DNA of 44,489 bases from Sphyrna mokarran. Taxonomy: Eukaryota. The stretch covers positions 1 to 44,489 of the forward strand of contig JAGIQG010000271.1 of assembly GCA_024679065.1 (NCBI GenBank). The letters run 5' to 3'. Below are positions 24,270 to 34,699 of this stretch, in pieces. Numbering within the stretch: the first letter of the stretch is position 1; every line of letters starts with the position of its first letter. The translations under genes were made by a program, and so were the position numbers. The notes under the pieces are model-generated. The model made no database searches. It was not told the origin of the DNA and worked only from the letters and a program-made list of their open reading frames with translations.

Positions 24270-24810
24270 TAGAAATATAGAGACAAAAAAAAACATGAGT
24301 AGGTCATTCGGCCCCTCTAGCCTGCCCCACCATTCATCTTGATAGTGGCTTATCAACGCATAAAATATCCTGATTCCCCCCCCCTCCTTTCCCGCAAGTC
24401 GTTTCATCCCTTTAACTACAAAGCTAAATCTTATTTATTCTTGAAATCACGCATCGCTTTGGCCTCAGCTATCTTCTGAGGGAGTGAATTCTGCGCATTC
24501 ACACTCTCTGGGTGAAGAAACTTCCCCTCATTCCATTTCTGAATGGTTTACCCCCTTCTACCTAAACTCTGACTTCTAGTTCTTGACTCCCCCACCACTG
24601 GGGATATTTTTGTTTCCTGAATCAACCCTGTCTACACCTACTGGAATTTAATTTGATTCTATAAGATCCCCTCTCACTTTTCTAAACTTTAGTTATATGA
24701 TTCCCTCTCACTCTTCTAAACTTTAGTGAATACAGCACGAACGGATTTAGTCTCTTTTCATAGGACGGATCCAGGAATCAGCTTGGCAAACCTTTGTTGT
24801 ATTCCCCTTT
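24270..24810 (-). pseudogene. Decayed CR1 3' region
   Basis: ggtcattcggccc terminus and actctctgggtgaagaa (FFTQRV on the minus strand). Confidence 0.6.
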
Positions 24811-24898
24811 TCGCAAGGTCATCATACAATAGACAAATACTGCCATCACTGAGGATGTACAGGATTGTTTCTTTTTTGGAATATAGGGAGTAAATATG

Positions 24899-25250
24899 GG
24901 AGGCGATGGCCGAGTGGTATTCTCGCTAGTAATCGAGAAACTCAGCTAGTGTTCTGGGGACCCGCGTTCGAATTCCGTCATGGCCGATGATGGAATTAGA
25001 ATTCAAGAAAAAAAATAAAGAAGTGCAATTAAGAATTTTCTGACGATCATGAAATTACAGTCATCTATTGAAAAAAAAATCCCATATGGTTCACTAATGT
25101 CCTTTATGGAAAGGAATCTGCTGTCTTTACCAGGTCTGTCCTGCATGTAACTCCAGAGCCACGGAGGTAGGTTAGTCTCAACTGCTCTCGGGCAACTAAT
25201 GATCTACAATAAATGCTGAACACCTAGAAATGCCCATATCCAAAGATGAA
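24899..25250 (+). mobile_element. Second tRNA-derived SINE family (related copies at about 11100-11475 minus, 1245-1430 minus, 31545-31800 and 40990-42030)
   Basis: A box TGGCCGAGTGG, B box GTTCGAATTCC, shared body ggttcactaatgtccttt...ggaatctgc...ctggcct. Confidence 0.75.
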
Positions 25251-25565
25251 CAAAAAGAAAGTAGATGCATATCTGCAGATTAATCATGTGTGGTAATAAT
25301 ATGATAACAACCATGTGGGCAAACCAGAATAACCCAGGAACTTCAATTTAAATGGTATTGTCTATGCAATAAATAGATGTGCTTGCTTTCCAGAACCGCC
25401 TTGATAAATAACGACCATGACTCTATTTACTAGTTCGTCTTAAAGGGAAGGTTCTGGATCATTCTGAGAACAATTATTTCTTTGAATTTTGAATTGAGAA
25501 CCTTCCTGGATCTGTGCTTTACCTGCCTGGCTTACTTATAGTAGTGAGAAATCTCACAACACCAG

Positions 25566-26390
25566 CTTAGAAAGACATAGACTTAGAGGAGATCTAATAG
25601 AGGTGTGCAAGATTATGAGGGTTATAGAGTAAACAGTGTTAAGCTTTTTCTTAGGATGGACTCGAGTAAGATGAGGGGTCACGGGCTTAGGGTGAGAGGG
25701 GTAAGGTATAGTTTGGATGCTCGAGGGAGTTTTTTTCACAAGAGGGTGGTGGGGGTACGGAATGCGCTGCCAAGCAAAGTGGTGGAGGCAGGTACTCTGG
25801 AGTAATTTAAGAAATACTTAGATGGGCACATGAACAGAATGGGAATGGAGGGATATAGAAAACTGATTTAAAATAGGGATCATAAGCCTTGGGAGTTCCT
25901 AGGAAATGTGTTAATAGATGATGATATTGATGTACTTGTTTTTATCCTACAGATGCTTTGGTCCACCTTGTTGTCTAACAAGAGGCATACACGCGATGGG
26001 TCGTGAGAGGGCTGCTCTTGGATTTTTTTCGAGAGTATCCTAGTGCTTCACGTCGTTAGTGTACGCTTGACCTGGACCATTTGATCGGCAACACGACAAC
26101 TCAGTGACTATCTGCTGTGCAGATACATGGATTTGGGCCTGTGTCTGTGGGAGTTTGCACATTGTCCCCGTACTTGCGTGGGTTTTCTCCAGGTGCTCCG
26201 GTTTCCTCTTAGGCTAATTGGCAAAACAAATTCTCCCTAAATTGCCTCAAATTTGGTTTTTAATCCATAGATCTATAAACGTAGACAGGGATCACGGGTA
26301 GAGGTGGGATCATCGGGGTGGCGGCGCAGGCTCGTTGGGCCGAAGGGCCTGTTTCCCTTGCTGTTTTGTTCTTTGTTCTTTATTCTTTGT
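25566..26390 (+). mobile_element. CR1 subfamily B 3' end with long 3' UTR
   Basis: ORF 25605..25805 and the shared long 3' UTR. Confidence 0.88.
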
Positions 26391-27539
26391 TAATCCAAAA
26401 CCGGCATCTCCACATCATTACTTATAATAGACTACAAGTAGGCCAACATGTATTTGTGAAAAAAGATATTAAAAACTGCAGGTGATTTAAAAAAAAAGTC
26501 AACCATTCTATCCCACATAGACAATGTTTAAGTTTTGGATTATGCTGTCTCAGAGCGATGGAGTACTATTGACTCAAAATTATTGAGATTAGAATTGGAT
26601 GCTTTTCTGACGTTAAGTAAATGCAGGGCTCTGGGAAAAGCCATTGGAGTTCCAGGAAAGGCGCAGGAAACAAAGACATCGGAGTCGAAAAACAGGAAGT
26701 GAAATTTCAACCCGTCGAGATGGTCCTGACGTTCCGTTAGGTGAGAGGTGATGACTGACCTTATCTGCATTTCCCAACAGGATCACTATTTCACTTAATG
26801 CCATCCGTCTCTAGGGATCCAGAGACTTTTGCCTTCAACCTTCCTAATGACCCGTTTTGTCAGCTCTCTAGAGTAGACAATTCAAAGATTCATCACTTTG
26901 ATTGGATAATTTCTCCACCTTCTTTGTTCAAAATGCCCACTCCACCTCCTGAAATTAGCCACCCCAGCCGCAGGTATTTCATTAATCAAGCACGGGGAAC
27001 CTTATCTAGTCCACCCCTTTGCAATCTGTCACACCATATGCAGAATTAAGCGTTCGCCTCATTCTTCAAAGCTGTTGGAAATATGGATTATGTGTCATCA
27101 ATCTCTCCTCAGACAAATCCCTATACAAAGCATTGATCTGCTAACCATGCATTGCACTACATCTCTGGGATGTATGTCACAGCTGGGAGAAGGGGAATAA
27201 ATTGGATGCAAAACTCCAGGCGAGGTCTCATTAGGATCTTATACAAGTATAGCAAGAAATCCTTATAAGGGTACATAAATCTCCTCGTGATGACGTTTAC
27301 CAAACCTTCAAAGGCTTCTGACTTGCTTATACATTCACATGCTATAGCTGAAAACAAAGATACCTAGGTTCCGTTGTCTAGTCACAATTGCCAATTTCCC
27401 ATTTAAGGAACAATCTGCCTTTGGTATTATTTGTCAAAGTGAAAGTTGACGTTCAGACAATGGCCAACAGAGCATTATGCCACTCTGTACGCATGACATG
27501 ATTCTAAAGAGGAATTTCAACATGGTTACATAGTAGTAT

Positions 27540-28350
27540 TGAACACAGAAGTAAGTGTCGGCCATTCAGCCCTTCGAACACGGTCTGCCATTTATTTTGG
27601 TCATGGGTAATCATCAAATTCATGCCTTGATTCGCCTGAACTCCATATCCTTTATTTCCTTAAGCACTGAAAGTTATATCTAATTTCTTCGAGAAATCAC
27701 ACAATGTTTTGTCGTCAACTATTTTTCTGTGGTAGTAAATTCGACACATTCACCGCTCTCTGAATGAATAAATTTCTCCTCACCTCAGTACTATTAGGTA
27801 AACATTTATCCTCAAAATATGACCACTAGTTCTGGACTCCCCTACCATGGGTAAATTCCTTTCTGCACCCATCATCTCAAACCCATTAAAAGATTGATAC
27901 GTTTCCATGAGATTCCTTTTCAGTCTTCCCAACTCCAGTGAATATAATCCCATATAACATATCTTCTCATGTGACAGACATGCCATCTCAGGAATCAGCC
28001 TGGTGAACTTTTGCTGTACTCTCTCTACATCTTTCCTCAGACAAGGATATCAGAAGTGCACAAAATGCTCCAGCTGCGGTATACCAACGCGCAATGCAAT
28101 TGCCTCAAAACATCCTTATCCGTATATTCAAATCCTGTCGCTATGAAGGCCAGCATACCATTTTCCTTTTTAAATTCCCGCTCTATTTACGCACTTACTT
28201 TCTGCCACTGATTCCCGAGGACACCAAGGTCTTGCTGAGTAACTACTTCTGTCAAGTTAGACCTATACAATAATATTCTGCCTTCCTATTTTTGCTATCA
28301 AAGTGGATGACCTCACGTACATCCAGATTATTAAGCATCTGCATCCATAT
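27540..28350 (-). pseudogene. Decayed CR1 3' region
   Basis: ORF 27780..27986 (GLYSLELGRLKRNLMETY); ggccattcagccc terminus. Confidence 0.7.
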
Positions 28351-28549
28351 GCCCACACCTCCCGATCCCTCACTCCAAAGTGTACCGGTGCACCTTGACT
28401 CAAAATGTTTAAATGTTATGAGATTTTTGACTAATATTCACCTCTGTTAAGTAGGAAACATTGGCCTCGTTATAATTTCCTGGACCCTTAATCCCGAAAT
28501 TTAGCTAATGTTCTTGGGATCCGGATTCGTTCCTTATCTCGCAAGTTCT

Positions 28550-31000
28550 GTCGTTACATCCGTGCATTGCTGAGGGAGCACTGCATTGTGGCAGGGGGCA
28601 GATATAAAAGTAGAAAATGAAATTATGTCAGAAGAACGTAAAGACCGGTTTCTGGTCTAATGTTCACATCTTATCAAAGAGGAACATAGAACACAGAACA
28701 TAGAACATTACAGCGCAGAACAGGCCCTTCGGCCTTCGATGTTGCGCTGACCAATATAAAAAGCAATGACCCTCCATACTAAACCATTCCCTTCTCTTCC
28801 ACAAACTTATCAACTAACCTCTTAAACGCCACCAAACTTGGCGCATCTACAACTGCCGCAGGCAGGGCATTCCACTCCCTAACCAACCTCTGGGTAAAGA
28901 ACCTACCTCTGATATCCATCCTATGACTATCACCCCTTAATTTAAAGCTGTGTCCCCTCGTGCTAGCTTTCTCCATCCTAGGAAAAAGGCTATCACTGTC
29001 CACCCTATCTAAACCTCTAATCATCTTATATGTTTCAATAAGGTCTCCTCTTAGCCGCCTTCTTTCTAACGAAAACAACCTCAAATCCCTCTGCCTCTCT
29101 TCATAAGACCTGCCCTCCATACCAGGCAACATCCTGGTAAACCTCCTCTGTACCCTCTCCAATGCTCCACATCTTTCTTATAATGTGGGGACCAGAACTG
29201 CACACAATACTCCAAGTGCGGCCGCACTAGAGTTTTGTACAGTTGCAACACGACGTTGTGGCTCCGAAATTCAATCCCCGTACCAATGAAAGCTAAGACT
29301 CCGTATGCCTTCTTAACAACATTATCGACTTGTCTGCCTACTTTCAGGGATCTATGCACAAATACACCAAGATCCCTCTGTTCATCAACACCATTAAGAA
29401 TCCTACCATTAGCCCTATACTCTACACATTTATTATTCCTGCCACAGTGCATTACCTCACACTTTTCCACATTAAACTCCATTTGCCACCTCTCGGCCCA
29501 GCTCTGCAACTTGTCCAAGTCTCTCTGCAAACTATAACTCCCTTCTTCACTATCTACCACTCCACCGACTTTGGTGTCATACGCAAATTTACTAATCCAT
29601 CCTTCAATACCCTCATCCAGATCGTTTATAAAAATTACAAACAGCAAGGGCCCCAAAACAGACCCCTGAGGCACACCACTTGTCACCGAACTCTACGATG
29701 AATATCTCCCATCAACCACCACCCTCTGTCTTCTATCTGCTAGCCAATTCCTAATCCAATTAGCTAAATCATCCTCAATCCCATAGATCTGCATTTTCTG
29801 CAGAAGCCTTCCATGGGCCACCTTATCGAACGTATTACTAAAGTCCATATATACCACATCAACTGCCTTACCCCCATCCACCTCTTTGGTCACTTTTTCA
29901 AAAAACTCAATAAGGTTGGTAAGGCACGACCTACCCTTCACAAAACCATGCTGACTATCCCCAATCAATTCATTTCTCTCTAAATAGCTATAAATCCTAC
30001 CCCTAATAATTCTCTCCAGGAGAATTATCTGGATGTACAGGAGGCGGTTGTCTCATGGTATTTTCGCTGGACTGTGTGAAACTTCGTTTAGGCCGCATTC
30101 GGAGTATGGCATTCAATTCTGGTCGCCGCACTATAAGCGGAGGGAGGGGTGGCATGCTTTGGAAAAAGTGCAGGAGAAGTTGACCAGGAATGCTGCCTAG
30201 ATTAGGACGCTCAAGCAAAACGTTTTGATAAACTGTTAAGTTTAAGGATTGTTTTAAACATGGATAGAGGCAGAGCGATTTAAGGTGAGAGCCCAATACC
30301 TGAGGTCCGAGTCAGCTTACTATAAATCAGGAATGTTGGAGTGATGGAAATTGTTGGATGTGCAAGACACCAAAATCACTTTCAATCCCTTTTCCCGGAG
30401 TCCACTTTCAAGATTAATTTAGGCATTGCTCTTAGGGTTAAATAAATCAAGGGATATGGTGGGGGGAGGTGATATGGAGAATAGAGAGGTGGGAAGAGGG
30501 GGGCAGGTAGTTGGAAGAGAGGACAAGGATATTGAATAGGATAATGACCAATAATCAAAATGAATGGCGAAGCAGTTTCAAAGTTCCGAATGATCTACTC
30601 TTATTCTAGTTTGTGAGTTTCTAAATCATAACACCCTGGCTTTCGAATTATCAATTCGATTCTTGAAACTTTGGCAGTTGATCCATGTCGTTACATCCGT
30701 GCATTGCCGAGGGAGTGCTGCACTATTGATGAGATGCTGTCTTTAGCAGAAGGCAGATGTAAATGTGGAAAATGAAATTGTCAGAAGAAAATAAAGACAG
30801 GATTCTGGACTAATACTTACCTCTTATCAAAGAGGAGTTGATGGTGTCGCGGTATTTTCGCTGGAAGTTTGATCCAGAAATGTTAATCAATACTCTGGTG
30901 GCCCATGTCCGATTCCTCCCTCGACAGATACTGGAATTTCCAAGTATTTCAAACTGGATTAGACCGCTTTTGGAGTATTGACTTTAATTCTGATCGCCAT
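28550..31000. repeat. Diverged direct duplication (28550-28683 + 30039 onward vs 30687 onward); first copy split by CR1-A
   Basis: Shared gtcgttacatccgtgcattgc.gagggag, gaaaatgaaatt.tgtcagaagaa, tcttatcaaagagga, ggtattttcgctgga. Confidence 0.85.
28683..30017 (-). mobile_element. 5'-truncated CR1-A copy
   Basis: RT ORFs 29693..29968, 29081..29686 and 28779..29162, with stop and frameshift; tail at 28683. Confidence 0.93.
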
Positions 31001-31916
31001 ATTTCACGAAGGATGTGAATGCTTTGGAAAGGGTACAGAAGATTTTATTTGGGATGTTGCCCACATTCGAACATGGAAGCTGTAAGTGAGGAGCGGGGGT
31101 GGGGGGGGTGGTGTGGTGGGATGGCTGGAGAAATTGTGTACTTGCACTGGCGAAGGCTGCTGAGAGACTTGATAGAAGTCTATAAAAATTTTGAGACGCT
31201 CACATAGTGTTGACAGCTCGAGTATTTTCCCCAGAGTTGAAATATATAGTTGAGTGCAGGTCACTTAGACATGGAATTTCAATGGCGATGAGAGGTGCAA
31301 GTTTTTTTTTACACAGTGGTATGTGTCTGAAACTCACTGATAGGGTTGGTGGCAGAGGAAAATACGACTGGAGTGTTTATGGAGCTTTTTTTTCGATGAG
31401 AACATCGATATGCACGGAATAGATGGAAGTGGAAGAAGGGAAGACAGAAAAGTTTAGTTTAACTTGGTGTGACGTTCCGCACAACAGCCTGAGCGGAATG
31501 GCCTACATCTGTGTTGCACTTTTTCCATGTTCTAATAAAAACAGTCAGGAATTAAGACTTTACTGATGACCATGAAACCAATCTCGATCGTAATGAAAAC
31601 TCGTTTTGTTTATTAATGCCCTTTAAGGAAGGAAATCTGGCGTCCTGACCTGGAACGCCTGACATACGGCTCCAAATGCGCAGCTTTGTTTCTCAAATGC
31701 CTGTCAAATTGATTATCAAATGCCTTCCAAGAGTAACGAAGGATAGGCTTAAAATACTGGCTAACTAGCGTCGCTCATGTGCTACAATTCAATAAAAATA
31801 AGAGTTCAAAGTTAGCTTATCAAGTCATTAGCAAATTTCTGTTCCAAAGATGTTGTATTGGAAAGTCTATTATTGAGTACAGAAGTACAAACGTCACTGC
31901 CGTTCCAAATATGCTT

Positions 31917-32123
31917 CATAGAACATAGAACATAGAACATTACAGCACAGAACAGGCCCTTCGGCCTTTGATGTTGTGCCGACCAAAATAAAAAGCAATG
32001 CCCCTCCAACTAAAACATTCCCTTCTCTTCCATATACTTATAATTAACCTCTTAAACGCCCCAAACTTGGCGGCATCTCAACTGCGCAGGCAGGGTCATT
32101 TCCACTCCCTAATCACTCTTTGA
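31917..32123 (-). mobile_element. 3' part of an antisense CR1-A copy split by the full-length element
   Basis: (CATAGAA)n tail and 3' UTR, ending at aatcactctttga. Confidence 0.9.
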
Positions 32124-33630
32124 TTGTTCCATTGGAGCAGCACGGAGAGGCAGCGATTTGGGAGAGCGAGAAGTTCGATTGATAAGTAGCTTTTTAACTT
32201 TTCTCTTTGTTTAAAACAGCGAGCGGGAGTAGTTTTTGCCGTTTTTATTTTAAACTAACTTGTAACCGGAAGTCGTCACTAGGAGGCTGCCGGTAGTTGT
32301 AGTTTTTAAGCTATATAAGTACTAACCTCTGGGTATCGGCCTCATTGTTCCATTGGAGCAGCACGGAGAGGCAGCGATTTGGGAGAGCGAGAAGTTCGAT
32401 TGATAAGTAGCTTTTTAACTTTTCTCTTTGTTTAAAACAGCGAGCGGGAGTAGTTTTTGCCGTTTTTATTTTAAACTAACTTGTAACCGGAAGTCGTCAC
32501 TAGGAGGCTGCCGGTAGTTGTAGTTTTTAAGCTATATAAGTACTAACCTCTGGGTATCGGCCTCATTGTTCCATTGGAGCAGCACGGAGAGGCAGCGATT
32601 TGGGAGAGCGAGAAGTTCGATTGATAAGTAGCTTTTTAACTTTTCTCTTTGTTTAAAACAGCGAGCGGGAGTAGTTTTTGCCGTTTTTATTTTAAACTAA
32701 CTTGTAACCGGAAGTCGTCACTAGGAGGCTGCCGGTAGTTGTAGTTTTTAAGCTATATAAGTACTAACCTCTGGGTATCGGCCTCATTGTTCCATTGGAG
32801 CAGCACGGAGAGGCAGCGATTTGGGAGAGCGAGAAGTTCGATTGATAAGTAGCTTTTTAACTTTTCTCTTTGTTTAAAACAGCGAGCGGGAGTAGTTTTT
32901 GCCGTTTTTATTTAAACTAACTTGTAACCGGAAGTCGTCACTAGGAGGCTGCCGGTAGTTGTAGTTTTTAAGCTATATAAGTACTAACCTCTGGGTATCG
33001 GCCTCATTGTTCCATTGGAGCAGCACGGAGAGGCAGCGATTTGGGAGAGCGAGAAGTTCGATTGATAAGTAGCTTTTTAACTTTTCTCTTTGTTTAAAAC
33101 AGCGAGCGGGAGTAGTTTTTGCCGTTTTTATTTAAACTAACTTGTAACCGGAAGTCGTCACTAGGAGGCTGCCGGTAGTTGTAGTTTTTAAGCTATATAA
33201 GTACTAACCTCTGGGTATCGGCCTCATTGTTCCATTGGAGCAGCACGGAGAGGCAGCGATTTGGGAGAGCGAGAAGTTCGATTGATAAGTAGCTTTTTAA
33301 CTTTTCTCTTTGTTTAAAACAGCGAGCGGGAGTAGTTTTTGCCGTTTTTATTTTAAACTAACTTGTAACCGGAAGTCGTCACTAGGAGGCTGCCGGTAGT
33401 TGTAGTTTTTAAGCTATATAAGTACTAACCTCTGGGTATCGGCCTCATTGTTCCATTGGAGCAGCACGGAGAGGCAGCGATTTGGGAGAGCGAGAAGTTC
33501 GATTGATAAGTAGCTTTTTAACTTTTCTCTTTGTTTAAAACAGCGAGCGGGAGTAGTTTTTGCCGTTTTTATTTTAAACTAACTTGTAACCGGAAGTCGT
33601 CACTAGGAGGCTGCCGGTAGTTGTAGTTTT
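32123..33630 (+). repeat. Tandem array of about 6.8 near-identical 220-221-bp monomers in the CR1 5' UTR
   Basis: Units start ATTGTTCCATTGG at 32123, 32344, 32565, 32786, 33006, 33226 and 33447; by eye they differ only in one T-run length. Confidence 0.97.
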
Positions 33631-33775
33631 TCTCTCTGACTCTATAAATTCTTACAGAGAGGTAACCCGATACTCTACACAGGTAGAGTATCCCACCCTC
33701 CCCCCTCCTCTAACCTAATAATAATAGTGTGTGTGTAGGTTTTTTTTTTCTCTCCTGCAAATTAAAGTAACAGTG

Positions 33776-34699
33776 ATGGCAGTGCAGGTAGTACATTGCA
33801 CCTCCTGCGGTATGTATGAGGTAAGGGACACCAGTGGTGTTCCTGCTGATTATACCTGCAGGAAGTGTGCACATTTGCAGCTCCTTGAGGATCGTGTTAA
33901 GGAGCTGGAGCTGGAATTAGAGGAGCTCAGAGTAATTCGAGAGGTTGAGGAGGATATAGGCAGGAGTAACAAAGAGATTGTAACTCCTATAAGTGATAAT
34001 TGGGTAACTATTAGGAGGAGGGGTAAGAAGCAATCGGGGAGACAATCCCCTGGGGCTGTTCCCCTCCAAAATAAATTTTCTGTCTTGGAGGCTACAGTTG
34101 AGGAAGAATCAACTGGAGCTGACCAAAGGGAGCAGGTCTCTGGGGGTGAGACTGCTGAGAATGCTCAGGTGGGTGGGGGGAATAAGAGATTAGGCCTAGT
34201 TATAGGAGACTCCATAGTTAGAGGGACAGATAGGAGGGTAAATAGTAATAAACAGGACTCAGGGCTGGTGTGTTGCCTCCCAGGGGCTGGGGTCCAGGAT
34301 GTTGCAGATCGGGTTTTTAGGATTCTTAAGGGTGAGGGGAGTCAGCCCCAAGTCATTGTTCATGTGGGGACACATGATGTAGGTAGGACAAGGGAAGGGG
34401 ATATTAAACAGAAATTTATGGAGTTAGGGTGGAAGCTTAGGTCCATAACAGGCAGAGTGGTTATCTCTGGACTCTTGCCTGTGCCAAGGGATAGTTTAGA
34501 GATGAACAGAGAAAGGGATAGTTTGAACTCATGGCTGCGTGGATGGTGCAGGAGGGAGGGGTTCAGGTTCCTTAACAATTGGGACTCATTCTGGGATAGG
34601 TGGGACCTCTTCAAGAGAGATGGTCTACACCTGAACCAGAGGGGGACTAATATCTTGGGGGGAAAATTTGCTAAGGCTATGATGGGGGCTTTAAACTGA
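33776..34699 (+). CDS. CR1 ORF1p: CxxC...CxxC zinc finger + coiled coil + SGNH/GDSL esterase domain (307 aa from first ATG)
   Basis: CTSC/CRKC; LLEDRVKELELELEEL; GDSIVRG, VHVGTHD and DGLHLN blocks; ends ALN*. Confidence 0.93.
   Translation: MAVQVVHCTSCGMYEVRDTSGVPADYTCRKCAHLQLLEDRVKELELELEELRVIREVEEDIGRSNKEIVTPISDNWVTIRRRGKKQSGRQSPGAVPLQNKFSVLEATVEEESTGADQREQVSGGETAENAQVGGGNKRLGLVIGDSIVRGTDRRVNSNKQDSGLVCCLPGAGVQDVADRVFRILKGEGSQPQVIVHVGTHDVGRTREGDIKQKFMELGWKLRSITGRVVISGLLPVPRDSLEMNRERDSLNSWLRGWCRREGFRFLNNWDSFWDRWDLFKRDGLHLNQRGTNILGGKFAKAMMGALN

Noticed and set aside
24899-24980. tRNA gene
   Set aside because: A/B boxes are present but there is no convincing cloverleaf, and the sequence continues into a SINE body with several local copies
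26540-26804. Short ORFs or a promoter-like stretch with an ETS motif and a + strand donor
   Set aside because: No homology or partner exons identifiable by eye
32123-33630. Tandem array as a CRISPR array or independent satellite
   Set aside because: There are no unique spacers, the context is eukaryotic, and the array lies inside the LINE's TSD directly before ORF1
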